Shown here piece after piece: positions 56,416 to 64,000 of a stretch of 64,000 nt of DNA. Origin of the DNA: Steroidobacterales bacterium (GTDB taxonomy: Bacteria; Pseudomonadota; Gammaproteobacteria; Steroidobacterales; Steroidobacteraceae); NCBI GenBank assembly GCA_038226325.1, contig JBBRQO010000015.1:31278-95277 (forward strand), given 5' to 3'. The position numbers and the translations under genes are program-made. The notes beneath the pieces are model-generated. The model was not told the origin of the DNA. It made no database searches and worked only from the letters and a program-made list of their open reading frames with translations. How positions within the stretch are numbered: the stretch's first letter is position 1; each line of letters opens with the position of its first letter.

Positions 56416-57096
56416 TTACTCTGCCACGGTGCAGTCTTCCGATTTCTGCTCCCGTTTCGCGGCGCACCACACCACCACGCCGTGAATAGGCTGTACCCCG
56501 AAATGTTTGGTCGCGGGTAACCCGAGCGTCACGGTCATATTCGAGTACTTGACGGTCGTCCCTCCGAGCACACACAGAGTCAGCGGCGACGGATTGCCGA
56601 ACGGTGCCGGGCCACCATTGCCTGTGATGAATGCAGTGCCGGTGACCACAAATCCGCCGGTGACGGGCGGCTTGAACGTCGGACAACTCGACCAATCGGA
56701 ACTCACTACGCCGTCGGTCATGCTGATGTGGTGGGTGTGGGCGCCGCGAGTCGTGGGATCGTCCTTGTTAACGGAAGGCTGCGTAACCCCATTGACCACG
56801 ATGGTCTGCGTAATCCCGTAGTCGGACGTCTCCATGTTCATTTCGGCCGAGAACTTGGCGGTGCTGTGCCGTAGATCCACGTCCAATGACCATTTGCCGC
56901 GCATTTCGTAGGGACCGCCCGCGGTGACCGCGGCCGACGGGGTGTAGTCATTGATCAGGCCTCGAAAGTGAACCGCTGGCTGCGGCGACGACGGCTCTCG
57001 ATCTGCCTCCTCAGCCATAGTGAGTCCGCCGAGACCGACTACGGTTGCCAGGCTAGCGACGCCGGGTGCGATCCACCTGAATGCTTTGTTGTTCAT
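56416..57096 (-). CDS. secreted hypothetical protein (beta-rich, four Cys)
   Basis: 226 aa, signal peptide MNNKAFRWIAPGVASLATVVGLGGLTMA, Gly/Thr/Val-rich body, no recognisable motif. Confidence 0.55.
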   Translation of the reverse strand: MNNKAFRWIAPGVASLATVVGLGGLTMAEEADREPSSPQPAVHFRGLINDYTPSAAVTAGGPYEMRGKWSLDVDLRHSTAKFSAEMNMETSDYGITQTIVVNGVTQPSVNKDDPTTRGAHTHHISMTDGVVSSDWSSCPTFKPPVTGGFVVTGTAFITGNGGPAPFGNPSPLTLCVLGGTTVKYSNMTVTLGLPATKHFGVQPIHGVVVWCAAKREQKSEDCTVAE

Positions 57097-57277
57097 CGTA
57101 ATATCCCTTGCTTTGTTCGCGCCAAACGCGCACTCGAACCTTCGGCCGTCTGACCTGGGGGGTCAAACGGCAATGCGCGGAATGGGCGTATTACCGTCGA
57201 ATGCCGTGCTTTGCCGCAGCGCCGTTAGCCACATACAATGGTCTCCCCAAGACTGGGGACCCACCCCGTGAGGCGCG

Positions 57278-59365
57278 ATGGATAAGCCGTCTTCTGACGT
57301 GCCGGCTGGGCCTAATGACGGTCGCCTCGACTCATGGAAGAAGATCGCGGTTTATCTCAAAAAAGATGTAACCACCGTGCAGCGCTGGGAGAAGCGCGAA
57401 GGCATGCCTGTGCACCGCCACCAGCATGACAAGGCGGGCTCCGTGTACGCTTTCAAGACAGAACTGGACGCGTGGGCGCACGGCCGGCGCGATCAACCCT
57501 CTTTGACAGAACCGGACGCCGAACTGGGCCCACGGGACTCGCCGCCGGCAGCGGCTAAATCAAATGCTCGCGGTAGGGCGGTCACCCTACTCATTGGAGG
57601 CGCGATGGCGTTCCTCGCCGTCGGCGCACTCCTCTGGATGCAGCGCACCGACCGCTTCTGGCGCAACCCGATCGCGGGTGCGGCGTATCAGTCACTCACC
57701 GGGTTCGATGGTCAAAACGAGGCGGCTGCCGTATCGCGCGACGGCCAGTTCGTCGCCTTTCTGTCGGATCGTGGTGGGCGCACCGATGTCTGGGTCACGC
57801 AGGTGGGCTCGGGACAGTTCCACAATCTCACTCATGGGATCGAGGGAGAACTGGTCAATCCTGCGGTGCGCACGCTGGGATTTTCGCCCGACGGCTCGCT
57901 GGTTATGTTTTGGCTGCGCCGCAAATCACCGGAGCAGGACATCAGCATCTGGGCGGTACCGACGTTGGGCGGTGAGCCCAGGCCCTACCTCGCGGGAGCG
58001 GCCGAGGCCGTGTGGTCGCCCGACGGCAATCAGATTGCTTATCACACGCCGGGACCCGGCGATCCGCTGTTCATCACCAACGGTAAAGACCTGTCCCACA
58101 CGCGACCTGTCTTGGTGGCGCCGCCGGGATTGCATAACCACTTTCAGGTCTGGGCACCCGGAAACAGGATCTATTTCGTTAAAGGCAGCCTGCCCGATCA
58201 ATTGGACGTCTGGCGGGTGGGACTGCAGGGCGAAGCTGCGCAACGCATCACCTCGCAGACCACACGCGTGACGTATCCGGTGCTGCTGGATCCGCGCACC
58301 TTGATCTATCTCGCGAACTCACCCGACGGCGCGGGTCCCTGGATATACGGCATGGATGTGGAGCGGCGCGTACCGCACCGCCTAAGCTCAGGGGTGGAGC
58401 AATTCACGTCGCTGGCGGCGAGCGCGGATGGGCGGCGGGTGATAGCGGCGGTATCGGAACCGGAACGGACATTGTGGCGCGTCGCCATCGCCGATACGTC
58501 AGCGAGCGATGCGTCGGCGAGCGGTGCGGCGCCGAACGTGGCGACGCCCGCGGTAGCGACGCCCGACGAGTCCCCTCCTGTGCGCATTGCGCTCGGCACT
58601 GGCAGCGGATTCGCGCCCCGCGTCGGGCCCGACTATTTACTGTATGTCGCCGCCGCCGGTGCGGGCGAGAGTATCTGGAAAATTGCGCGCGGCGCGGCCG
58701 TGCAGCTGTGGGCCGGTAAGGACGCTCGCATCATCGGCGGTCCTGCTGTCTCGGCCGATGGACGGTTCGTTGCATTCTCCGTCAGGCAGCGCGGTCAAAC
58801 CCTGCTGTATCGCATGGGAGCCGACGGCACGCAGACCAAGATCGTGTCTGAGTCCCTTGAGCTTCGTGGCGAGCCGGCGTTTGCGCTGGACGGATTGTCG
58901 GTCATCTCGGCGGCCGAGGATAAGGGAGTGCCGCATCTGTTCCAGATTCCTCTCGAGGGCGGCACTCCCTCACCGTTGTTAAGCGCCTACTCCGTCGATC
59001 CGGCCTGGTCGCCGGATGGGAAGTTCGTCGTTTACTCAGGCGCCGACGTGGGCACGAAGTTCACGGTGAGTGCCGCCACCGCCCAAGGCGCGCCGCACGC
59101 ACTGCCGCCGCTCACCCTGACGCGCGGCTCGCGACATCTGGTGTTTATTTCGGGAGGCCGCAAGCTGGTGTTCCTGCAAGGGGAGATGCAGCACAAGAAT
59201 CTGTGGGCGGTGGATCTAACGACCGGCGCGATGCAGCAGCTCACCCACGTGCCCGCAGATTTCGACGTGCGTGATTTTGATATTTCCACCGATGGGCATG
59301 AAGCCGTGCTGGAGCGCGCGCAGGCGCGCTCGGATGTGGTGGTGATCGATCGGCCGTCCACCTGA
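57278..59365 (+). CDS. membrane-anchored HTH protein fused to a TolB-like (PD40) beta-propeller
   Basis: 695 aa. N-terminal LDSWKKIAVYLKKDVTTVQRWEKREGMPVHRH (HTH), one TM helix (VTLLIGGAMAFLAVGALLWM), then repeated ..SPDG..(V/I)A(F/Y).. PD40-type repeats. Confidence 0.75.
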   Translation: MDKPSSDVPAGPNDGRLDSWKKIAVYLKKDVTTVQRWEKREGMPVHRHQHDKAGSVYAFKTELDAWAHGRRDQPSLTEPDAELGPRDSPPAAAKSNARGRAVTLLIGGAMAFLAVGALLWMQRTDRFWRNPIAGAAYQSLTGFDGQNEAAAVSRDGQFVAFLSDRGGRTDVWVTQVGSGQFHNLTHGIEGELVNPAVRTLGFSPDGSLVMFWLRRKSPEQDISIWAVPTLGGEPRPYLAGAAEAVWSPDGNQIAYHTPGPGDPLFITNGKDLSHTRPVLVAPPGLHNHFQVWAPGNRIYFVKGSLPDQLDVWRVGLQGEAAQRITSQTTRVTYPVLLDPRTLIYLANSPDGAGPWIYGMDVERRVPHRLSSGVEQFTSLAASADGRRVIAAVSEPERTLWRVAIADTSASDASASGAAPNVATPAVATPDESPPVRIALGTGSGFAPRVGPDYLLYVAAAGAGESIWKIARGAAVQLWAGKDARIIGGPAVSADGRFVAFSVRQRGQTLLYRMGADGTQTKIVSESLELRGEPAFALDGLSVISAAEDKGVPHLFQIPLEGGTPSPLLSAYSVDPAWSPDGKFVVYSGADVGTKFTVSAATAQGAPHALPPLTLTRGSRHLVFISGGRKLVFLQGEMQHKNLWAVDLTTGAMQQLTHVPADFDVRDFDISTDGHEAVLERAQARSDVVVIDRPST

Positions 59366-59428
59366 GAATTCCCTTCATCTCTGACCATCCGATACATCGA
59401 AGCGCCGCGCTTCATTGATGAGCGAGGA

Positions 59429-59896
59429 ATGAAATGTGCTGCCGAGCGGCTTATCGAGTGCCGCGCTGCTCCACGCGAGGAAGTGAGCCTCGGGGAGCGG
59501 CAGTTCGAGAGCTTCGACTACAACCCCGGTCGCGGCGGCGAGGTCGCCGACGCCTTGATCGAGGGCTGCAGCGGTTATTTGCAAAGCGATGGGTACGAGG
59601 TCTATGCAGGCGCCAGCGCGCGTGCGGAGCTGATTCACGTGGGCTGTTTCGCGCACGCCCGCCGACGGCTGTTCGAGGCCCTCAAAGCCCTACCCAACGG
59701 CGTTCGCAAAAGCGAGTCGGCCGCCTACGAGGGGGTGCGCCGGATCGATGAACTCTACGCGACCGAGCGTCAGATTAGAACCTTGAGCGACGAGGAGCGC
59801 ACCCGCATTCGCCGCGAACGAGCGGTGCCGCCGCTCGAGTCGCTCCATGAGTGGGCGACCCGGCTGCAACGCGACACCCCTCAAGAACATGGTTGA
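59429..59896 (+). mobile_element. IS66-family transposase fragment (internal DDE-domain part only)
   Basis: ..YLQSDGYEVYAG...IHVGCFAHARRRLFEAL...IDELYATERQIRTLSDEERTRIRRERAVPPLESLHEW.. matches the central IS66 Tnp blocks (LQtDGYagY, CwAHaRRkF, LY.iE..ir....eeR...R). No N- or C-terminal parts, no TnpA/TnpB genes, no inverted repeats seen. Confidence 0.7.
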
Positions 59897-59961
59897 CAAA
59901 TTAGTCGAATGTAGCTACATTAGCGCCACATAGCGCACCCGCGCTTGAATATAAATTCAAG
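59893..59961 (+). promoter_or_regulatory. sigma-70-type promoter with two perfect palindromes (candidate DinJ-YafQ operators)
   Basis: TTGACA (59893-59898)-N17-TACATT. The -10 lies inside the 14-bp perfect palindrome AATGTAGCTACATT (59908-59921). A second inverted repeat CTTGAAT-ATAA-ATTCAAG (59944-59961) abuts the ATG at 59962. Confidence 0.45.
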
Positions 59962-60270
59962 ATGCTTTCCACACTCAAAACCACTGATGTTCGTTCGCGT
60001 ATTGAGCCCGAGATCAAGGATCGGGCCTCCAGCGTACTGGCGGAATGCGGCCTGACCTTGAGCGATGCCATTCGTTTGTTCTTGCGCCAAGTCGTGGCTC
60101 ACAAGGGTCTGCCCTTTGAGATCAGGATGCCCAACGCGGACACCATTGCGGCTATGAGGGAAGCCCGTGCGATCGGGAAGGCCCGATACGTGAGGGCACA
60201 GAAACTTTTTGATGACCTCGAAAAAACCAGCGCAGCAAAAGCGCGCACGCCTGCCAAGAAACAGCGATAG
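59962..60270 (+). CDS. dinJ: RelB/DinJ-family type II antitoxin
   Basis: 102 aa. ..VRSRIEPEIKDRASSVLAECGLTLSDAIRLFLRQVVAHKGLPFEIRMPN.. is the DinJ ribbon-helix-helix core. Confidence 0.8.
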   Translation: MLSTLKTTDVRSRIEPEIKDRASSVLAECGLTLSDAIRLFLRQVVAHKGLPFEIRMPNADTIAAMREARAIGKARYVRAQKLFDDLEKTSAAKARTPAKKQR

Positions 60271-60533
60271 AACCCGGCAGTTTGCTAAAGATTGGGAGCG
60301 GTTAAGTCATTCAGGCCGCTTCGATATGCGCAACCTCAAAGAGGTAATGCTGCTGTTAATCGCAAATGACAGTCCATTACCGGCGGAGTACCGGGACCAC
60401 GATCTTGCCGGTGAGTGGGCGGGGCATTCGTGAATGCCATATTGGCGGGGATTTTCTGCTCATCTACGATCTGCGCACGACAGATACCGTGATCTTTACG
60501 CGAGACGGGACGCACGCAGATCTGTTCGAGTAA
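60209..60533 (+). pseudogene. yafQ: YafQ-family mRNA-interferase toxin, interrupted by a +1/-2 frameshift near 60424
   Basis: ORF 60209..60433 reads ..RTRQFAKDWERLSHSGRFDMRNLKEVMLLLIANDSPLPAEYRDHDLAGEWAGHS*. The next frame continues RECHIGGDFLLIYDLRTTDTVIFTRDGTHADLFE* to TAA at 60531-60533. Joined, they give the full YafQ pattern (..DH.L.G.W.G.RECHI.PD.LLIY....L...RTGTH.DLF). Confidence 0.7.
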
Positions 60534-60769
60534 AGTTCTTTCCCATTCAGGGCCTGTAAACTTGCGCACCAGATGATCGAGGGCATGCTGCCGTATGCCT
60601 CGGGGCAAGATTGTCATAGACCTTACATTGCAGCAGAGACTAACTTCACATTGATGGCGACGATGGGTCGTGTGCCCTGAGTGTGATCTGGTGTCGGGGG
60701 TGATTGAGAGCTCGGGCACGCGGTTCAATCCGATCCTGACTTATTTGGGCTGAGACGTAGTCGGTAAAG

Positions 60770-61117
60770 CTAACGGCTGTAGCGCATCCGGCTACCTAAG
60801 CGTACCGACATGTCAATTTCCGCGGCGGACAGCTCCGCTGGGAAGTAAACGCCCGATATGTGTGCGGCGTGGAGGCTGGCGCCGTGCATCTGGCAGCCGC
60901 GTAGGTCGAGGCCGCGCAGGTCCGCCTGGCGAAAATAGCCGTCGGAAAAATCAATGTTGGCGATATCGACGCCGCGCAGATCGAGGCCGCGAAAATCGCA
61001 ACCGCGCAAATCGCAGAGTTCACCGGCCTTGCGCCGCCGATTGAAATCCTCGAAGTTGCCCTCGCGCAGCAGCAGGTACAGGGGGTCGGCCGATTTGCGG
61101 GGTTTACCGGTGCTCAT
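60770..61117 (-). CDS. pentapeptide-repeat protein
   Basis: 115 aa. LRGCDFRGLDLRGVDIANIDFSDGYFRQADLRGLDLRGCQMHGASLHAAHISG shows A(D/N)LXX-type 5-residue periodicity. Confidence 0.8.
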   Translation of the reverse strand: MSTGKPRKSADPLYLLLREGNFEDFNRRRKAGELCDLRGCDFRGLDLRGVDIANIDFSDGYFRQADLRGLDLRGCQMHGASLHAAHISGVYFPAELSAAEIDMSVRLGSRMRYSR

Positions 61118-61227
61118 ACCCTGGCATCGGCAAGAAACCCGGATTCTTGACTTCGGTACCTAGCCTCCAAAAAAATACCGTTTAGGCGGGGGGCCAGCGT
61201 ATCCACCGCCCCGGTCTTATATAGAGT

Positions 61228-61794
61228 ATGACGGTGATGACGGATCTGCCCGACCCTGCATCGGACCCTGCTACGGCGGCGGGTCTGCCGGCTAGTTTTG
61301 CCGGCGGCTCACGCCTCGCGCGCTGGGTGCGCGACTATGCCCCGGATTTACATCGCTTTTTGGCGAAGCGGCGGCTGATTGAAAGCGACATCCAGGACGT
61401 GTGCCAGGAGGTATACCTGCGGTTGCTGCGTTTCGATCGCACCGAGGTGGCCATCAACCCCCAGGCCTACCTAATCCGGGTTGCCGCGAACGTCGCGCAC
61501 GATTTCAGGCTTCGCCGCCTCCATTGGGTGGCGCTCGACCCGGAATTGCCGGAGGAAGCGAGTCCCGATCCGGGACCGGAACGGCTGGCGGAAATGAGCT
61601 CTCGGCAAGGTCAGCTGATGACGGCACTGGCGTCGCTGCCACCACTGTCGCGCGCCGTGTTGGCGCTGCAATCGCAGGAGGATTTAACATACGAGCAAAT
61701 CGCGCACCGCTTGGGCGTGACTCGTCGCTCCGTCAAGCGCGCGGTGGCGCGCGGTCTGGAGTTGCTGCGGACTCAAATGCGAGAGGCCAAGTAA
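61228..61794 (+). CDS. ECF (FecI-type) RNA polymerase sigma factor
   Basis: 188 aa. Region 2 DIQDVCQEVYLRLLRF..AYLIRVAANVAHDF, region 4 LTYEQIAHRLGVTRRSVKRAVARG. Confidence 0.85.
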   Translation: MTVMTDLPDPASDPATAAGLPASFAGGSRLARWVRDYAPDLHRFLAKRRLIESDIQDVCQEVYLRLLRFDRTEVAINPQAYLIRVAANVAHDFRLRRLHWVALDPELPEEASPDPGPERLAEMSSRQGQLMTALASLPPLSRAVLALQSQEDLTYEQIAHRLGVTRRSVKRAVARGLELLRTQMREAK

Positions 61795-61795
61795 G

Positions 61796-62917
61796 GTGGC
61801 TGTGGAAACCGAAGAATCCTCCAGTGCGCTCGAATGGATGATGCAATTGCGTCGCGGCGCGTTGTCGACAGCTCAAAAGACCGCCCTGTCCGACTGGCTG
61901 CGTGATTCACCCGCGCATGTGCGTTCTCTTTTGGAGCTGATGCTCCTTGATCATGACCTGCGGTCGCTGCCGATCAGCCCCGAACAGATGAACGAATGGC
62001 TGCAAGAGGCGCGAAACGCACCGGAGGAACCGATTCCGCTGACTCGATCTGCCGGCACGTGGGCGGAACAAACCCTGTTTTCAGACCAAGCGGTGCGCAG
62101 CGACTCTTCGATGGCGATGGCGATGGCGGCGGCGGCGGGCGAGCGTCGCGTCTCCCGGATGCGGTGGAGTACCGCGGCCGCGGTCGTGGTGGCCGTTCTT
62201 GGCGCGTTGGGCCTGAGTCGTTGGGAGGCCGGTCGCTACGCCACTGGGCTTGGCGAGCAACGCGTCGTCACACTGGCCGACGGCAGCGTCGTCTCGCTCA
62301 ATACCGAATCCGCGCTCAAGGTGGACTTGTCGTCGAGCCGGCGCGCCATCATCCTGCTCAAGGGAGAGGCGTTTTTTAGGGTGGCACACGACGCCTCTCG
62401 CCCTTTTGAAGTGCAAGCCGGAGAAGCGACGGTCAGGGCGGTGGGCACGCAGTTCAATGTGCGCATGGCGCCGCAGGCCACCGTCGTGAGTGTGCTGGAC
62501 GGTACTGTCGAAGTGCGTGAGGCCGTCAACGCCGATGCCGCGGGCTCGGCCGCCGAACCCGCGCTGGCGCTGCGCGTCACTAAAGGCGAGGAAACGCGCA
62601 TCCCAGCTCTCAATCCCAAGCTTGCGAATCGCTCCCCGCTCACTCGATCGGGCAATCGCGCCGCCCAGCGCGCGGCGGCGTGGACGCAGGGTCGCGTGGA
62701 CTTCGATACCGTATCGCTCATTGATGTGATCGCCGAATTTCAGCGCTATCAAATCGTGTCCGTGCAAATCGATGATCGCGCCACCGAAGAGCTCAAACTG
62801 ACCGGCTCGTTCGATGTACACGACCCCGAATCCGCGCTGGCATACGTCGCCACAATCCCGGGTATCGCCGTCGAAAAATTAGGCGAGCACAGGTTTCGCA
62901 TTCACCGGGCTCCCTGA
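61796..62917 (+). CDS. FecR-family transmembrane anti-sigma/sensor protein
   Basis: 373 aa. N-terminal ALEWMMQLRRG..LSDWLRDSPAHVRS, one TM helix, periplasmic FecR block VTLADGSVVSLNTESALKV...GEAFFRVAHDASRPFEV...VRAVGTQFNV. Confidence 0.85.
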   Translation: MAVETEESSSALEWMMQLRRGALSTAQKTALSDWLRDSPAHVRSLLELMLLDHDLRSLPISPEQMNEWLQEARNAPEEPIPLTRSAGTWAEQTLFSDQAVRSDSSMAMAMAAAAGERRVSRMRWSTAAAVVVAVLGALGLSRWEAGRYATGLGEQRVVTLADGSVVSLNTESALKVDLSSSRRAIILLKGEAFFRVAHDASRPFEVQAGEATVRAVGTQFNVRMAPQATVVSVLDGTVEVREAVNADAAGSAAEPALALRVTKGEETRIPALNPKLANRSPLTRSGNRAAQRAAAWTQGRVDFDTVSLIDVIAEFQRYQIVSVQIDDRATEELKLTGSFDVHDPESALAYVATIPGIAVEKLGEHRFRIHRAP

Positions 62918-63025
62918 ACGAAATATTTTTGCAAGGAGGGGGCCACTTCCAGTCGCACGTCGGTCATTACAGTAACGGCATTCAAGAAAAAGAGCCGACC
63001 GATTCGATGGCCACGGGGAAGACGC

Positions 63026-64000
63026 ATGACTGGATTCATTTCGATCGCCAAAGGCATCCGCCACCTCACTCTGTGTGCCGGCGTGCTTCTCTGCAGCGGC
63101 ATTGTGATGGCGGAACCACAGGAGCTGCGGCTCCCCGCGCAACCGCTGGCAAGCGCTCTGCACGAATTTTCACGACAGACCGGTATCCAAGTCGCCATCA
63201 AGTCGGAACTGATCGACGGCAAGATCGCTCCCGCAGTCAACGGACAATTGGAGGCGGCGCGAGCGCTCGCCATGTTGCTCGATGGCAGTGGCCTAGAGGC
63301 GTATCCGGTCAACGCAAAGACCTACGGCATTCGCCGGGTGTCCGCCGGGGCTTCGGATAGAACCGGCGCGAACACCGGCCCGGCGGCAGATCGAGCGGAG
63401 GAGACGCCCCCTTTAGTCCTCGCGCAGGCGGAGCGCGCAAACGCCGGCGACATTCCACCCGGTCCGCAGAGCCTCGAGAAGGGAGCGAGGTCCGCAAACA
63501 ATGACATGAGCGGCGTCAAGCTCGAAGAGAATGTCGTCACCGCGCAGCGGCGCACCGAGCGCCTGCAGGATGTTCCCATCAGTGTGACCGCCTATAGCCG
63601 GGCGACAATGGACGCTCAAGGGTCGCGTACCATCGACGATCTGTCGCGCCTCACGCCGGGCGTCACGTTCACTCGCGGCGGCGCCAATAACAACAATTCC
63701 GAATCCTCCGCGATTTCGATCCGCGGCATATCCTCCGATGCCGGTGCAGCCACGACGGGCATTTACATCGACGACACGCCGATCCAAAGCCGGCATCTGT
63801 CATTCCCTTCCTTCAATGCCTACCCGGCCTTGTTCGACATCGATCGGGTTGAAGTATTACGCGGCCCACAAGGCACGTTGTTCGGATCGGGATCCGAGGG
63901 CGGCACAGTGCGCTTCATTTCACCGGAGCCCGGACTTGACAAATATTCCGCTTACGCCCGCTCGGAGATCGCCGCAACCGCGCACGGCGACCCGGTGTAC
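63026..64000 (+). CDS. TonB-dependent transducer with an N-terminal STN signalling domain (FecA-like), 5-prime 325 codons; continues past the right edge
   Basis: Not in the ORF track (no stop in the window). From the ATG at 63026: MTGFISIAKGIRHLTLCAGVLLCSGIVMA, STN block LPAQPLASALHEFSRQTGIQVAIKSELIDGKIAPAVNGQLEAARALAMLLDGSGLEAY, plug NVVTAQRRTERLQDVPISVTAY ... RVEVLRGPQGTLFGSGSEGGTVRFIS. Confidence 0.85.
   Translation, partial: MTGFISIAKGIRHLTLCAGVLLCSGIVMAEPQELRLPAQPLASALHEFSRQTGIQVAIKSELIDGKIAPAVNGQLEAARALAMLLDGSGLEAYPVNAKTYGIRRVSAGASDRTGANTGPAADRAEETPPLVLAQAERANAGDIPPGPQSLEKGARSANNDMSGVKLEENVVTAQRRTERLQDVPISVTAYSRATMDAQGSRTIDDLSRLTPGVTFTRGGANNNNSESSAISIRGISSDAGAATTGIYIDDTPIQSRHLSFPSFNAYPALFDIDRVEVLRGPQGTLFGSGSEGGTVRFISPEPGLDKYSAYARSEIAATAHGDPVY

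Noticed and set aside
60336-60728. 130-aa minus-strand ORF overlapping the 3-prime part of yafQ and the unassigned 60534-60769 segment
   Set aside because: Half of it is antisense to recognisable YafQ coding sequence. The remainder (MTILPRGIRQHALDHLVRKFTGPEWE) has no family I can name. Left unannotated; it may be another relic.
61118-61227. Fur box upstream of the ECF sigma gene
   Set aside because: No sequence resembling GATAATGATAATCATTATC was found by eye. Iron regulation is therefore not asserted.
1-64000. CRISPR arrays, rRNA genes, integrases, reverse transcriptases (retron/DGR), phage structural genes
   Set aside because: No regularly spaced short direct repeats, no rRNA-like segments and no ORFs with integrase, RT or phage motifs were seen. 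The only mobile-element trace is the IS66 fragment.

Overview
GC-rich proteobacterial chromosomal segment, rich in TonB-dependent receptors. I found no rRNA, tRNA or CRISPR array. I call about 55 protein genes plus several gene relics. Left arm (1-14.4 kb): M20 peptidase (open at the window edge), MBL hydrolase, agmatinase-family ureohydrolase, MFS transporter, TonB receptor/TetR pair, pssA, blc, DEAD-box helicase, CPA1 Na+/H+ antiporter. Centre (14.8-30.8 kb): a chemosensory locus with two PAS-containing MCPs and cheA-cheW-STAS-cheR-cheD-cheB-cheY followed by a CheX-like gene. It also carries two stand-alone HDOD proteins, a small secreted protein, and a second CheY paired with a 182-aa protein bearing a CheZ-like FxDxxxQ motif. 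Near-consensus sigma-28 type promoters precede four of its transcription units, with a weaker match before a fifth. The locus is bracketed by a decayed ~360-bp recQ fragment on one side and the intact recQ on the other. It also contains a deleted copy of one HDOD gene. Right arm: D-aminoacylase, rluE overlapping a B12-binding radical SAM gene with a CX4CX2C motif, and a Phd/zeta toxin-antitoxin pair. Next comes a permease-aminotransferase-FGGY kinase operon, then a GntR-linked TonB receptor-M61 peptidase-TonB receptor-NagB-serine hydrolase operon. An accessory patch follows (XRE-nucleotidyltransferase pair, IS66 relic, DinJ/frameshifted YafQ), then a FecI-FecR-FecA type surface-signalling set that runs off the right edge. 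Hand-located motif coordinates may be off by 1-2 nt.
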